From: Faecalibacterium prausnitzii
GTDB taxonomy: Bacteria; Actinomycetota; Coriobacteriia; Coriobacteriales; Coriobacteriaceae
Assembly (NCBI GenBank): GCA_963603165.1
Contig: CAVCLY010000001.1
Span: 1,860 to 65,859 of the forward strand
Reading direction: 5' to 3'
Length of the DNA: 64,000 nucleotides
Each line of letters begins with the position of its first letter. Positions within the stretch are counted from its first letter, which is position 1. Of this stretch, positions 1-10,871 are shown in pieces. Made by a program: the position numbers and the translations under genes. Below the pieces are notes generated by a model. It made no database searches. It was given only the letters and a program-made list of their open reading frames with translations, and was not told where the DNA came from.

Positions 1-207
1 GTTGTGGACTACGCCACTGGCGTGAACGGTCTGCCCACCGCAAACGTGGTCGAGTTTGATCTTGAGGGAGGCAATAAGGCCATTGTCCGCCCGTCGGGCA
101 CCGAGCCCAAGATCAAGCTTTATATCTTTGCCTCGGGTAAGGATGCCGCAGAGGCCGATGCTCTGCTCGAGAGCATCGAGGAGGACGGCCGTAAGCTGCT
201 TTCGTAG
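1..207 (+). CDS. Phosphoglucomutase/phosphomannomutase, C-terminal end (truncated by window edge)
   Basis: IVRPSGTEPKIKLY is the domain-4 phosphate-binding motif of alpha-D-phosphohexomutases; stop TAG at 205-207. Confidence 0.9.
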   Translation, partial: VVDYATGVNGLPTANVVEFDLEGGNKAIVRPSGTEPKIKLYIFASGKDAAEADALLESIEEDGRKLLS

Positions 208-230
208 CGCTTGGTCGATAGTTGTTGAAT

Positions 231-266
231 GGGGCGCTCGCGTAATGCGGGCGCCTTTTTTGTTTT
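231..266 (+). terminator. Intrinsic terminator after pgm
   Basis: GGGGCGCTCGC-GTAAT-GCGGGCGCC hairpin followed by TTTTTTGTTTTT. Confidence 0.8.
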
Positions 267-396
267 TGCCGCGAACTGAAAGATTGCGTGTTCGGAGCGT
301 GAGCAAAGTAATCGCGCGGTAGCCGAGCGGGTCCATAAGCCACCTGTTGATCAGTGGGTTCAGCGGTGATGTTCAGCGATGCTGAGGCTCGAGCCG

Positions 397-1629
397 TTAA
401 TGCATGCCGGATAGAAGGCGGGCTTGCGTGATGGCCTGCGGAACGCGCTCTTTTAGAGGGTCGAGATCTTCTTGCGTGATGTCGTCGGCGAGTGAGAGGC
501 GCAACGTTCCCTTTGCCCAAGCGGGATCAGTGAATCCCATGGCTTGCAGAACGTGGGAGGGGTCGGTTGAGCCGGCAGTGCAAGCGCTCCCCGTTGATGC
601 GGCGACGCCTGCTTTGTCGAGAATGACCATGAGCAGTTCTCCGTCGACGTCTTTGCAGATAAACGAGGCGATAGAGGGAAGTCGGTCGCATTTATTGAGA
701 GGTCCCGTTGCGATAACGTCGGGGACGTTGCTGAGAACGGCGTGTGTGAGCTCTTCGCGAAAAGCGTGTAGCTTGCTGCAACGGTTGGAAAGATCGTTGA
801 GCGCCTCGTCAAGGGCGTTTGCGAGGCCTATGGCTCCAGCGAGATTTTCGGTTCCGGCTCTGAGGCCGAGCTCCTGCGTGCCTCCGTGGATGAGCGGGGC
901 GATGGCTAGCCCGGTTTTGATATAGGCCGCGCCCATCCCGCGAGGACCATGGAACTTGTGGGCAGAGAGCGAGAGCGCGTCTACGCCAAGATCGCTGATG
1001 TTGACGGGGGCGTGGCCGACGGCTTGAACGGCGTCGGTGTGGAACGGTGACCCGAATTCGTGTGCGATGGCTGCAAGCTCACCGATGTTTTGCAGCGTTC
1101 CGACCTCGTTGTTCGCAAGCATGATGGAAACGAGAGCCGTTGCAGGGGCGTCGGTTGCGACATCGGATGAGGAATCACGGTTGGACTTAAGAGCGCGCTC
1201 GAGATCGCTCGGGTTCACGAAGCCTTGGGAGTCTACGGGAAGATGCGTGACCTCCACACCGTCTTGTTCGAGCGCGGAACAGGTATGGAGCACGGAATGG
1301 TGCTCGATCTGCGAGGTGATGATGCGAACGGGAACCGTGCCACCCTGCTGGGCGCGCAGCGCGCGTACGGCACCCTGAAGGATGAGATTGTTCGACTCGC
1401 TGCCGCCGCTCGTGAAGACGATCTCGCGCGGGGAGGCTGCGCCGAGCAATTCGGCGACCTGGGCACGGGCTCGATCGAGGTTTTTAGCCGCCTCTTTTGC
1501 AAGACGATGAATGCCGCCCGGGTTGCCGATACGGTCGGTGAGATAAGGCATCATGGCTTCGAGAGCGGCAGGGGAGAGCTGCGTCGTCGCAGCGTTATCT
1601 GCATAGATGTAGCGCATGCTTTGCGTCAC
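397..1629 (-). CDS. iscS: Cysteine desulfurase (IscS/NifS family)
   Basis: YADNAATT, FTSGGSESNN, EHHSV, HTDAVQA, SAHKFHGP (PLP lysine), STGSAC (catalytic Cys). Confidence 0.93.
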   Translation of the reverse strand: MTQSMRYIYADNAATTQLSPAALEAMMPYLTDRIGNPGGIHRLAKEAAKNLDRARAQVAELLGAASPREIVFTSGGSESNNLILQGAVRALRAQQGGTVPVRIITSQIEHHSVLHTCSALEQDGVEVTHLPVDSQGFVNPSDLERALKSNRDSSSDVATDAPATALVSIMLANNEVGTLQNIGELAAIAHEFGSPFHTDAVQAVGHAPVNISDLGVDALSLSAHKFHGPRGMGAAYIKTGLAIAPLIHGGTQELGLRAGTENLAGAIGLANALDEALNDLSNRCSKLHAFREELTHAVLSNVPDVIATGPLNKCDRLPSIASFICKDVDGELLMVILDKAGVAASTGSACTAGSTDPSHVLQAMGFTDPAWAKGTLRLSLADDITQEDLDPLKERVPQAITQARLLSGMH

Positions 1630-1632
1630 GGC

Positions 1633-2151
1633 TTAGCGAAGAAAAAGGAACCAGACGAGCAGGAGCACGACGACGGCAACAATGAGCGCCAGGACAAGCC
1701 TGTGCCTGCGACGCTCGCGGTCGCGTTGCGTGGTGAAGATCGATCGACCCGGCTTTGGCGTTTGCAGGTAGCGGCTCGAGTTCGTGAGGGCGCGGGGTTG
1801 GTTGGGGTCGGACGGCTGCTGGATCCGGTGGGCGGGTTGGCGCGCCTCGGCAGCACTGCGCTCGGCATCGAGCCGCATCTGCATCTCGGTTTTGGGAAGA
1901 TACGAGGGGTTGCTCGTGGCGACGCCCATGTGTCGCCTGCGTCCTTGGCCCTGTGACTCCTCAAGCGTGACATATCGCTCGCGCGTGATGTAGTGCGGTT
2001 CAACGTTGTCGATGGGCGCCTGTGTTACGTGCGGTGTTTGGTGCTGAAAAGACTGGGTCTGCGAAACGGGATGAGGAGGCTGCTGGGTGTCGGCACTTGC
2101 AGTATCGGTTCCAGCGGGGTACCGGCTCTGATCGTAGCGGTCGTTCATCAA
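1633..2151 (-). CDS. Hypothetical tail-anchored membrane protein
   Basis: Gln/Pro-rich polar body, RRR then a single C-terminal hydrophobic helix; ends 3 nt before iscS start. Confidence 0.7.
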   Translation of the reverse strand: MMNDRYDQSRYPAGTDTASADTQQPPHPVSQTQSFQHQTPHVTQAPIDNVEPHYITRERYVTLEESQGQGRRRHMGVATSNPSYLPKTEMQMRLDAERSAAEARQPAHRIQQPSDPNQPRALTNSSRYLQTPKPGRSIFTTQRDRERRRHRLVLALIVAVVVLLLVWFLFLR

Positions 2152-2291
2152 ACCCTCGGCTCATCGGGCACAAAAACACGTCCATTGTACGCGCGCGTTC
2201 GGAAAATGTACCCGCTGACTCGATATTACAAGAAGAATTAAGGTTGCGTTTTAGATAACGACGGGTAGCGGTGCCCCTTCCGGTTGTGGGT

Positions 2292-2366
2292 TTGAAAAAG
2301 CAAAGCTCTGCCATATTAATACCTTAGTCGAAGAGACTTAGATTTGCTAAATCAAGGAGACTTAAA
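2292..2366 (+). promoter_or_regulatory. hsp20 promoter with two HAIR-like (HspR-type) boxes
   Basis: TTGAAA (2292-2297) and TATTAA (2314-2319); CCTTAGT-N7-ACTTAGA (2322-2342) and GCTAAAT-N7-ACTTAAA (2346-2366) resemble CTTGAGT-N7-ACTCAAG. Confidence 0.5.
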
Positions 2367-2475
2367 AAATCTTAAGAATCTTGTTTAGAACCCAAGGGAG
2401 CGGGAACAAATAGAAGCGTCAAAGGAGTCCTCGCCTCCACAGGAGAGGCGCGGCATCACAGAGGAGTGATTGATT

Positions 2476-2904
2476 ATGGCTATGGTTCCGTATCGTTCTG
2501 TTTTTGGTATTCGTCCGACTGCTGCTGATTCGCTGTTCGATGTGTTCAACGACATGTCCGACCTTGCGAGTTCGTTCTCGAGCAAGGCGTTCCCCGTGGA
2601 CGTTGAGGACAAGGGCGAGGGCTACGAGATCAAGGCGTACCTCACCGGCGTTCAGAAGGACGACATCGACGTCGAGCTCAACGAGGGTAGGCTTTCGATT
2701 TCGGTCAACGTTGAGGACAAGGAAGAGGACGAGGGCAAGAACTACCTGCAGAAGGAGTTCACCGCCTACAGTGCAACGCGCGGCGTGTATCTCAAGGACG
2801 CCTCGAGCGACGGCCTTGCGGCTAAGTACGCCGACGGCGTTCTGACCGTGACGGTTCCCAAGATCGTGGAAAAGAGCAACGTCACCAAGATCTCGATCGA
2901 CTAG
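2476..2904 (+). CDS. Hsp20/alpha-crystallin small heat shock protein
   Basis: PVDVED...GVQKDDIDVEL...AKYADGVLTVTVPK signature; GAGGAG RBS. Confidence 0.95.
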   Translation: MAMVPYRSVFGIRPTAADSLFDVFNDMSDLASSFSSKAFPVDVEDKGEGYEIKAYLTGVQKDDIDVELNEGRLSISVNVEDKEEDEGKNYLQKEFTAYSATRGVYLKDASSDGLAAKYADGVLTVTVPKIVEKSNVTKISID

Positions 2905-2948
2905 TGTTGCGGCTGGCTATCGTCTGAACAGAAACGAAAGTGCGAGAC

Positions 2949-2980
2949 GGGGTCGTCGGGTTGCCGGCGACCCCTTTTTT
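2949..2980 (+). terminator. Intrinsic terminator after hsp20
   Basis: GGGGTCGTCGG-GTTG-CCGGCGACCCC plus T6. Confidence 0.8.
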
Positions 2981-3001
2981 GCGTCGACGCGCCGGAAATG
3001 G

Positions 3002-3859
3002 CTAGAGAATCGTGATGGGCCGGTTCTGCCCGGCAGCCCGAATGCGCAGGCTGGTCCCGTTATCGCGCTGCAGGGTGGCGGTGGACCCAAGTTCGTTGTC
3101 GGGTGTTGCGCCGAGTGCGGCGGCAAAGGAGCGAACGGCTAGGTTGGGTAGGTTGTTCTCTTGCGAGATATGCATGGCGACGAGATGCTCGGTGCGATCG
3201 GTCACAAGCTGGCTCGCGGCGGTTGCCGCCTGTTCGTTTGAGAGATGGCCGCTATCCGAGATGATGCGATCCTGTAGATAACGCGGATAGGGTCCGACGC
3301 GGAGCATAGGCACGTCGTGATTGCTCTCGAGCGCAAGGATTCGTGTGTCAGCGAGCGCCTCGAGCGCGGAGTCGGAGAGCGTGCCGGTGTCGGTGGCATA
3401 ACCGATCGCGTCCCCTGCGCATTCGAATCGAAAGCCCATCGGATTCACGACGTCGTGCGAGGTGGCGAACGTGCTTACGCGAATGCCGGCGATCTCGAAC
3501 GACGCGCCCGGATTAAGCTCTGTAAACGGGAGCGTGGCGAGGTATTTGCGTTGAGCCGGGGTGCCCGTGCTTGCAAACATCGGGCCTTCCCAGCGCCGGC
3601 ACCAGACCTCGATGCCCGAAACATGGTCGGAGTGCTCATGGGTGAGAACAAGCGCCCGAACGTCGTTTTGGGAGAGGCCGAGCGCCTCCATGCGTTCGAT
3701 GACCTTTTTTCGCGAGAACCCGTTGTCGATCATGATGAGGCCCTGCGGACCCTCGACCAAAGCGCAGTTCCCCTTAGATCCGCTCCCGAGAATATGCAGG
3801 TGAAGGGCGTTGTTGCCGGGAGTTGATGTACTTGGATGCGGGCCGGTCGTATCGGGCAT
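3002..3859 (-). CDS. MBL-fold metallo-hydrolase (YycJ/WalJ-like)
   Basis: LGSGSKGN, THEHSDH, SHD, TDTG, ESNHD, GHLSN, HISQENN; start inferred at ATG 3859. Confidence 0.88.
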   Translation of the reverse strand: MPDTTGPHPSTSTPGNNALHLHILGSGSKGNCALVEGPQGLIMIDNGFSRKKVIERMEALGLSQNDVRALVLTHEHSDHVSGIEVWCRRWEGPMFASTGTPAQRKYLATLPFTELNPGASFEIAGIRVSTFATSHDVVNPMGFRFECAGDAIGYATDTGTLSDSALEALADTRILALESNHDVPMLRVGPYPRYLQDRIISDSGHLSNEQAATAASQLVTDRTEHLVAMHISQENNLPNLAVRSFAAALGATPDNELGSTATLQRDNGTSLRIRAAGQNRPITIL

Positions 3860-3905
3860 AAGCTTGAACCTAACAGATACAATGGGACAGATTGAAAGGG
3901 GTCCC

Positions 3906-5453
3906 ATGCCAACGGTATCGCAGCATTACGGCAAGCGTCGCCGCGTCGCGGCTTCATCGGGCGCGAGCGTCGACAAGGGTGCGGGGGCTCCTGTGCTGCT
4001 CATGGTATCAGGCGGCGCGGACTCGACTGCGCTCTTGCACATGGCCTGCACGGGAAAGCTCGACATCATGGACGGCCGCGGGCCGGCCCGAATCGCCCGC
4101 GAGCGAATCAGCGTCCTACATGTGAATCATCATTTGCGCGGTGCCGAATCCGATGGGGATGAGGCCTTTGTCCGCGCGCTCTGCGAGCGCCTGGGGGTGC
4201 CGCTTTGCATGGAGCACGCCTCGTTCGAGGAGCTTGGCGGGCAGAATCTCGAGGCCGCGGCGCGCGAGGTGCGCTATGCCGCCGCGCGCAGGCTGGTGCA
4301 CGAGCTTTCCAGGCGCGCGGGGACACCGCGCTCGTCTGCTCGCATTCTCACGGCTCACACGGCGTCCGACCGTGCCGAGACGTTTCTCATGAACGCGCTG
4401 CGCGGATCGGGCGCGGCGGGGCTGGCGTCGATTCCGCGCCGTCGGAACATCGTGGTCCGTCCTCTGCTCGATCGGACCCACGACGAGCTCGTTCGCTATC
4501 TTGAGGTCGCGGGCGAGGAGTGGCGCGAGGATTCGACGAATTCCGATATCTCCTACCTGCGCAATTACGTTCGACACGAGGTTATGCCGACGCTCGTCGC
4601 GCGCAACACCCGCGCAGCGCAGAGCATCGGTTCGGCGTGCGACATCTTGGGTGATGAGGATGCGTTCCTCTCGCAGCTTGCCGCGACGGCACTTCGTACG
4701 TGTATTCGCCGGCAGGAGCGCGGGCTCATCGTGCTCGACGCCAAGCGGCTGGCGGCGGCTGAGGTCGTTGTTGCACGGCGCATGGTTCGCCTTGCGCTCA
4801 AGCAGCTCGTGCCCGATATCCGGCTCGAGATGCAGCATGTCGAGGCGGTGCTCGCCCTTGTGGCGGCGCAAGAGGGGTCGGCAACGCTGCCCGAGCGAAT
4901 TGACGCCCGGGTGGAGTTCGGCACTCTGGCGTTTCGCACAAGCGATGCGCGCGAGGGCGCCGTTGCCGGCTGGCTGCAGGTGCCCGGTAGGATGAATGTT
5001 GCGGGTGGTGCCGCGCTCACGGCCGAGGCGTTCATGCTCGAGGCGGGCGCGGACCCGGTTGAGCTCGCGCGTGCCGCCGCGGCCGAGGACGAACCGACCC
5101 TTTTGCTCGATGCCGCGGCTCTGGGATACGCCGAGCGCGATTTGGTGCGGCTGGCGGAAAACGGGAACGCGGGCACGTTGCCGGCGGAGATGCGTACGGC
5201 GCGGTTGTGGGTCGACGGTCCCGCGGCGGGCGATGTCATGTGCCCCTTTGGCATGAGTGGGCGCACTAAAAAGGTGTCCGATCTGCTCAATGAGGCGCAT
5301 GTGCCGGTTGCTGAGCGCCCCGGTATCCCCGTTGTGCGCACGGCTCCCGGAGGGTCGGTCGTGTGGCTTGCGGGCGTTCGCTCCGACGAGCGGTTCCGTT
5401 GCACGGCGTCGACGCGTGCCGTCATCCGTCTTGTGCTGCGCAAACTCGCCTAG
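3906..5453 (+). CDS. tilS: tRNA(Ile)-lysidine synthetase
   Basis: SGGADS PP-loop, HVNHHLRG, EAAAREVRY, TAHTASDRAET, VRPLL, EDSTN, RNYVR; upstream of hpt-ftsH; GAAAGGGG RBS. Confidence 0.95.
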   Translation: MPTVSQHYGKRRRVAASSGASVDKGAGAPVLLMVSGGADSTALLHMACTGKLDIMDGRGPARIARERISVLHVNHHLRGAESDGDEAFVRALCERLGVPLCMEHASFEELGGQNLEAAAREVRYAAARRLVHELSRRAGTPRSSARILTAHTASDRAETFLMNALRGSGAAGLASIPRRRNIVVRPLLDRTHDELVRYLEVAGEEWREDSTNSDISYLRNYVRHEVMPTLVARNTRAAQSIGSACDILGDEDAFLSQLAATALRTCIRRQERGLIVLDAKRLAAAEVVVARRMVRLALKQLVPDIRLEMQHVEAVLALVAAQEGSATLPERIDARVEFGTLAFRTSDAREGAVAGWLQVPGRMNVAGGAALTAEAFMLEAGADPVELARAAAAEDEPTLLLDAAALGYAERDLVRLAENGNAGTLPAEMRTARLWVDGPAAGDVMCPFGMSGRTKKVSDLLNEAHVPVAERPGIPVVRTAPGGSVVWLAGVRSDERFRCTASTRAVIRLVLRKLA

Positions 5454-5754
5454 CCGAAGTCGGATGCCGCGCTCGGGAGGGCTAAATCCGCCAACTGTTC
5501 TTTAGCTACCGCCTCATTCCGCCCAGCGTTGGCTCGACCGATTGCAGACGGCCCTTATATTTGCGAGCGGTGCTGCAAAACCATGGGCTGAGGTCCTGCG
5601 ATTTCGCAGTTGTTGAGTGTTGCACCGCTGCGCTTTGGCTTCGCTATTTGGTTGTAGAATGGAAAAATCGCTTGCGCGCTGCGTACCCGCTGCCGAAGGC
5701 GGGAGTACAGTGCACATGCAAAGATGCAATCTGGCCAAAAAGGAAAGGGCTGCC

Positions 5755-6303
5755 ATGAACGCACAGCACCCGGATATCGAGACCGTACTTTTGAGCACGG
5801 AGCAGATCGACGAGATCGTCGGTCGTATGGGCGAGGAGATCTCGCGCGATTACGCGGGCAAGGACCTTGTGCTTATCGCCGTGCTGCGCGGCGCCGTCGT
5901 CTTTATGGGCGACGTCATGCGCAAGATCGAGATTCCGGTGAACATCGACTTCATGGCCGTCTCGAGCTACGGCGACGGCGTCAAGTCGTCGGGCATCGTG
6001 CGCATCATCAAGGACCTCGACATCGACATCAAGGGTCGCGACGTTCTGATCATCGAGGACATTCTCGACTCGGGCCTCACCCTCAACTACCTCATGAAGA
6101 ACCTCGCGAGCCGCAGGCCCGCCTCGCTCGAGGTTGCGGCCTTCCTCTGGAAGGACGTTGAGGGCCGTCAGTCGGCCGTCGAGCCCAAATATGTCGGTGC
6201 GCATATTCCCGATGCGTTCGTGGTGGGCTACGGCCTCGACTTTGCCGAGCGCTACCGCAACCTGCCGTATCTCGGCATTCTCAAACCGGAGGTTTACTCG
6301 TAG
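5755..6303 (+). CDS. hpt: Hypoxanthine phosphoribosyltransferase
   Basis: VLIIEDILDSGLTL PRPP motif, FVVGYGLDFAERYRNLPY. Confidence 0.97.
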   Translation: MNAQHPDIETVLLSTEQIDEIVGRMGEEISRDYAGKDLVLIAVLRGAVVFMGDVMRKIEIPVNIDFMAVSSYGDGVKSSGIVRIIKDLDIDIKGRDVLIIEDILDSGLTLNYLMKNLASRRPASLEVAAFLWKDVEGRQSAVEPKYVGAHIPDAFVVGYGLDFAERYRNLPYLGILKPEVYS

Positions 6304-6304
6304 G

Positions 6305-8611
6305 ATGAGTTTTTATTCCAACGACGATCGAGCAACCGTCGCCCTCCTCGCGGGGGACGGCGGTTCTCGCGATTCAAACGACCGTAAGCGCGACCAGCTG
6401 CCGCCCGAGTTCGGAAACGGCGGCGGCAAGCGTCCGCCGAGCCGCATCTCGTGGCTTTACTTTTTGCTGGCCTGCGGCTTGCTCGCCTATCTCTTCTTTA
6501 ACATGGGCTCGGGCTTTACGGGCTCGAGCAACACCGTCAAGCTCGCCACGAGCGAGGTCGTGACGGCCGTTAAAGAAAATCGCGTGCAGACGCTTACCTA
6601 CACGACCGCCGACGGTTCGGTTACGGGCACGTACTGGACGAGCAAAAAGGCCAAGAAGCAGGGTAAGGCGCCCAAGCAGTTCAGCTCCACCTACGCGGGT
6701 GAGGATTCGCTGGCGAGCCTTATGGCCGAGCATCCCAAGTGCAAGTACATCGTGAACACCAACGATCCGGACTTTTGGGCCGACCTTGCCATGACCGTGC
6801 TGCCCACGCTGGCGCTCATCGCCGTCACGGTGTACTTCATGCGCCAGATGATGGGTGCGAACGGCAAGGCCATGCAGTTCGGCAAAACCGACGCCAAGAT
6901 GACGGAAGCCGCGCGCCCCGACGTCAAGTTCTCGGACGTGGCCGGCATCGACGAGGCCGTCGAGGAGCTCGAGGAGATCCGCGACTTCCTGACCGATCCC
7001 GAGCGCTACCGCAAGCTCGGCGCCAAGATCCCGCGCGGGTGCCTGCTCGTGGGCCCTCCGGGTACGGGCAAGACGCTGCTCGCCAAGGCTGTTGCCGGCG
7101 AGGCGGGCGTGCCGTTCTTCTCGATCTCGGGTTCCGATTTTGTCGAGATGTTCGTGGGCGTGGGCGCCTCGCGCGTGCGCGACCTCTTTAAGGAGGCCAA
7201 GGCGCAGAGCCCCTCGATCATCTTTATCGACGAGATCGACGCGGTCGGTCGCCAGCGCGGCGCTGGCGTGGGCGGCGGCCACGACGAACGCGAGCAGACG
7301 CTCAACCAGCTGCTTGTGGAAATGGACGGCTTTGAGGAGAGCTCGTCGGTGATCCTCATCGCGGCCACCAACCGCCCCGACATCCTCGATCCGGCACTGC
7401 TGCGTCCCGGCCGTTTTGACCGACAGATCACCGTTGACCGCCCCGATGTGAAGGGCCGCGAGGCGATCCTGCGCGTGCACGCCGAGAACAAGCCGCTCGA
7501 CGAGGACGTTAAGTTCGACAAGCTCGCCAAGCTCACCGTGGGCTTTACCGGTGCCGACCTGGCGAACCTGCTCAACGAGGCGGCGCTTCTCACGGCGCGT
7601 CGCAACCGCTCTGTGATCTCGATGGACGAGATCGAGGAGTCGATGGAGCGCGTGATCGCCGGTCCGCAGAAGAAGGCGCGCGTGATGACCGACGCCGAGC
7701 GCACGACGATCGCCTACCACGAGAGCGGCCATGCCCTCGTGGGGCATATCCTCGAGCACTCCGACCCGGTGCACAAGATCTCGATCGTTTCGCGCGGCCA
7801 GGCGCTCGGCTACACGCTTCAGCTGCCCACCGAGGACCACTTCCTCAAGACCAAGAACGAGATGCTCGACGAGCTCGCCGTGTTCTTGGGCGGGCGCACC
7901 GCCGAGGAGCTCATGTGCGACGATATCACCTCGGGCGCCTCGAACGACCTTGAGCGTGCGACCAAGATGGCGCGCGAGATGGTCACGCGGCTCGGCATGA
8001 GCGAGGAGCTCGGCACGCAGGTGTTCGGCGAGGCCCAGCACCAGGTGTTCCTGGGTCGCGACTATGCCGACCATCAGGATTACTCCGAGGAGACCGCGCG
8101 CCGTATTGACGTTGAGGTCCAGCGCATCATGCGTGAGGCGCACCGTCGTGCCGAGGAGATTCTCGACGCGCGTCGCGACCAGCTCGACCTCATGGCAAAG
8201 GTGCTCCTGGAGCGCGAGACCGTTGAGGGCGACGCCGTTCAGGCCCTGCTCGACAACGAGTGGGAGAGCTACCTGGAGCGCGAGGGCGATATTCTGGCCG
8301 CAAAGGAGGCACGTAACGACGCCGCCGCCAGGAGCCAGGGCGATGCGCCCGCGCTCAAGGCGACCAAGAAGCCGCGTATGAGCGAGGAAGAACTCGCCGC
8401 CGATGCCCAGGCGTACGCCGAGGCCGCGGTTGCCGCCGAGGCGGCCGAAGCCGATGCGACGGACGAGCCGGAACGCGCTGCAGCGGAGGGACCGAAGTCC
8501 GAAGTTGGTGCCTTTGCCGATGTGGCTCCCACCGATGATTCCGAGTCTTCCGATGTGCCCGCCGAGACGGCGAAGACCGAGGCTCCGGACGGCATGGATG
8601 ATGCCGAGTAA
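6305..8611 (+). CDS. ftsH: ATP-dependent zinc metalloprotease FtsH
   Basis: Two TM helices, [30 protein letters not shown]; acidic C-terminal tail. Confidence 0.98.
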   Translation: MSFYSNDDRATVALLAGDGGSRDSNDRKRDQLPPEFGNGGGKRPPSRISWLYFLLACGLLAYLFFNMGSGFTGSSNTVKLATSEVVTAVKENRVQTLTYTTADGSVTGTYWTSKKAKKQGKAPKQFSSTYAGEDSLASLMAEHPKCKYIVNTNDPDFWADLAMTVLPTLALIAVTVYFMRQMMGANGKAMQFGKTDAKMTEAARPDVKFSDVAGIDEAVEELEEIRDFLTDPERYRKLGAKIPRGCLLVGPPGTGKTLLAKAVAGEAGVPFFSISGSDFVEMFVGVGASRVRDLFKEAKAQSPSIIFIDEIDAVGRQRGAGVGGGHDEREQTLNQLLVEMDGFEESSSVILIAATNRPDILDPALLRPGRFDRQITVDRPDVKGREAILRVHAENKPLDEDVKFDKLAKLTVGFTGADLANLLNEAALLTARRNRSVISMDEIEESMERVIAGPQKKARVMTDAERTTIAYHESGHALVGHILEHSDPVHKISIVSRGQALGYTLQLPTEDHFLKTKNEMLDELAVFLGGRTAEELMCDDITSGASNDLERATKMAREMVTRLGMSEELGTQVFGEAQHQVFLGRDYADHQDYSEETARRIDVEVQRIMREAHRRAEEILDARRDQLDLMAKVLLERETVEGDAVQALLDNEWESYLEREGDILAAKEARNDAAARSQGDAPALKATKKPRMSEEELAADAQAYAEAAVAAEAAEADATDEPERAAAEGPKSEVGAFADVAPTDDSESSDVPAETAKTEAPDGMDDAE

Positions 8612-8649
8612 CATGTAGCCGAGCACGGCGAAAAAACCGATATGCACCG

Positions 8650-8684
8650 AGCCCGCTTGCGAATCTTCGCGAGCGGGCTTTTTT
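8650..8684 (+). terminator. Intrinsic terminator after ftsH
   Basis: AGCCCGCTTGCGAA-TC-TTCGCGAGCGGGCT plus T-run. Confidence 0.85.
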
Positions 8685-8769
8685 GCGTGCATACGCTGGT
8701 GTGGCGCGTACAATAAGCCCCATGCGATTGAGAGCGCCGATGCGCGACGCGATCTGGAAAGGGGACCTA

Positions 8770-9963
8770 ATGATCAACGAGACCATGTATGCCCGCGGGG
8801 CCGAGAGCTCCGTCATCCGCGAGATCTTCTCGTACGGCCTTGAGCGCAAAGCCCAGATCGGCGCCGAGAACGTCTTTGACTTCTCGCTCGGCAATCCGAG
8901 CGTGCCGGCTCCCGCGTCCGTTAGGGAATCGATCGAGAAATCGCTCGAGCTTCCGAGTGAGCAGCTGCACGGCTACACCCCGGCTCCCGGCCTGTCCGAG
9001 TGCCGCGCCGCCGTGGCCGCGTCGCTCAACCGTCGCTTTGGCACCGATTACGCCGGCAAGGACGTGTTTATGACCGTCGGCGCCGCTGCGTCCCTCACCT
9101 GTACGCTCCACGCCGTGACCAACCCCGGCGACGAGGTCATCGTGATCGCGCCGTATTTTCCGGAGTACCGCGTGTGGATCGAGAAAGCCGGCTGCACCTG
9201 CGTTGAGGCCGAGGCCAAGGAAGAGACCTTCCAGGTAAGCGTGGGCAACGTGCAGAAGGCCATCACGGACAAGACCGCCGCGATCATCATCGACTCGCCC
9301 AACAACCCCACGGGCGCCGTCTACACCGAGAGCACCCTCACGCGTTTGGCCAACATCCTGCGCGAGGAGAACAAGAAGCGCGATCCCGAGAACCCGATCA
9401 TGCTCATCTCGGACGAGCCGTACCGCGAGATCGTCTACGGCACCGAGGTTCCCTGGGTGCCCGCGATCTACGAGAACACCGTCGTATGCTATTCGTACTC
9501 CAAGTCGCTCTCGCTGCCGGGCGAGCGCGTGGGCTGGATCCTCGTACCCAATACCAACCCGCAGGCCGCGCGCCTTATGCCGGCCGTTGCCGGCGCTGCC
9601 CGCACGCTGGGTTTTGTGTGCGCCCCGGCGCTCTTCCAGCGCGTGGTGATGGATTGCATCGACGAACCGAGCGACGTTGAGGCCTATGCCCGCAACCGCA
9701 CGCGCCTCACCAACGCGCTCTCCGATTACGGTTACACCTACGTTGAGCCCGATGGCGCCTTTTACTTGTGGGTCAAGGCCCTCGAGCACGATGCCGAGGC
9801 CTTCTGCGAGCGCGCCAAAAAGTACGAGCTGCTCGCCGTCCCCTCCAACAGCTTTGGTGTTGAGGGCTGGTTCCGCCTGGGCTACTGCGTGAGCTACGAG
9901 ACGATCGAGAACTCGCTGCCCGCATGGAAGGCGCTTGCCGACGAGTACCTCAAGGTTCGCTAG
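8770..9963 (+). CDS. PLP-dependent class I/II aminotransferase (aspartate aminotransferase-like)
   Basis: FDFSLGNP, SPNNPTG, ISDEPY, SYSKSLSLPGERVG. Confidence 0.93.
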   Translation: MINETMYARGAESSVIREIFSYGLERKAQIGAENVFDFSLGNPSVPAPASVRESIEKSLELPSEQLHGYTPAPGLSECRAAVAASLNRRFGTDYAGKDVFMTVGAAASLTCTLHAVTNPGDEVIVIAPYFPEYRVWIEKAGCTCVEAEAKEETFQVSVGNVQKAITDKTAAIIIDSPNNPTGAVYTESTLTRLANILREENKKRDPENPIMLISDEPYREIVYGTEVPWVPAIYENTVVCYSYSKSLSLPGERVGWILVPNTNPQAARLMPAVAGAARTLGFVCAPALFQRVVMDCIDEPSDVEAYARNRTRLTNALSDYGYTYVEPDGAFYLWVKALEHDAEAFCERAKKYELLAVPSNSFGVEGWFRLGYCVSYETIENSLPAWKALADEYLKVR

Positions 9964-9975
9964 GAGCTGCTGTAG

Positions 9976-10794
9976 ATGACCTATTCGCTCGCCTGCGATA
10001 TCCATACGCACACGCTTTTCTCGCGCCATGCGTATTCGACGATCATGGAGAACGCCGCTGCCGCGCAGGCCGCGGGTCTCGAAGTGCTCGGAAACGCCGA
10101 TCACTTTAGCTGCATGACGGCGGCCGAGATCAGCGTTCGGAACTACCAGTTCTTCATCAACCAGCGCGTGTGGCCGCGCATGTGGGGCAACACGCTGCTG
10201 CTACGCGGTGCCGAGGCGGACATCGTTTCGCTCGCGGGCGAGCTCTTTGGGCAGAGCGTCCATGTTCCCGAGAACATCACCGGGCGGCCTTTCAGGCTCG
10301 ACCGCACGCTCTTTTCGCTCGCGACCGAGGACCTCGACTACCTGGTGGCGAGCGTGCATCGCAATGATTTTACCGACGGCGCGACCATCGGCGAGACGAC
10401 CGAGATGTATCTGGGTGCGCTCGCGCAGGAGAAGGTCTTTGTGCTGGGCCATGTGGGACGCTCTGCCGTGAAGTTCGACCTCGACGAGGTGCTGCTCGAG
10501 GCCAAGCGCCGGCACAAGCTCATCGAGATCAACGAGCATAGCCTTGAGGGCAGGGCGAACGACCGCAACCACAAGGAGTGCCGCCGCGTGGCCGAGCGCT
10601 GCGCCGAGCTCGGCGTGGGCATCACAACCTCGACCGATGCGCATATCGCGACCTCGATCGGTAAGTTCGAGAGCGTGCAGTCGTTCCTGGACGAGATTCA
10701 TTTTCCCGAGGAGCTCGTCATGAACCGCAGCCGCGCCGTGCTGCTCGGCGAGATGGCCGCCGCAGGCGTATGCGACCTCACGGAGTACGCGTAG
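9976..10794 (+). CDS. PHP-domain phosphatase (YcdX-like)
   Basis: DIHTHT, HAYST, ADH, SVH, LGH, EINEHS, TDAH metal ligands. Confidence 0.85.
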   Translation: MTYSLACDIHTHTLFSRHAYSTIMENAAAAQAAGLEVLGNADHFSCMTAAEISVRNYQFFINQRVWPRMWGNTLLLRGAEADIVSLAGELFGQSVHVPENITGRPFRLDRTLFSLATEDLDYLVASVHRNDFTDGATIGETTEMYLGALAQEKVFVLGHVGRSAVKFDLDEVLLEAKRRHKLIEINEHSLEGRANDRNHKECRRVAERCAELGVGITTSTDAHIATSIGKFESVQSFLDEIHFPEELVMNRSRAVLLGEMAAAGVCDLTEYA

Positions 10795-10871
10795 GGCATA
10801 AGAAAACATCGCAGTTGCTCGGCATGCCGCGTGAGCACCGAGTCGGGGCTCCTATGTTGACGCCTGGTCGT

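Noticed and set aside
3906..8611. tilS-hpt-ftsH cluster as a novelty
   Set aside because: Widely conserved gene order in Gram-positive bacteria
6374..8713. Long antisense ORFs (779 aa here; also 13174-15957, 16106-17752, 24493-26010, 28507-30189, 37392-39290, 52825-54393)
   Set aside because: They mirror well-supported genes on the opposite strand, have no recognisable motifs, and are expected from high-GC codon bias
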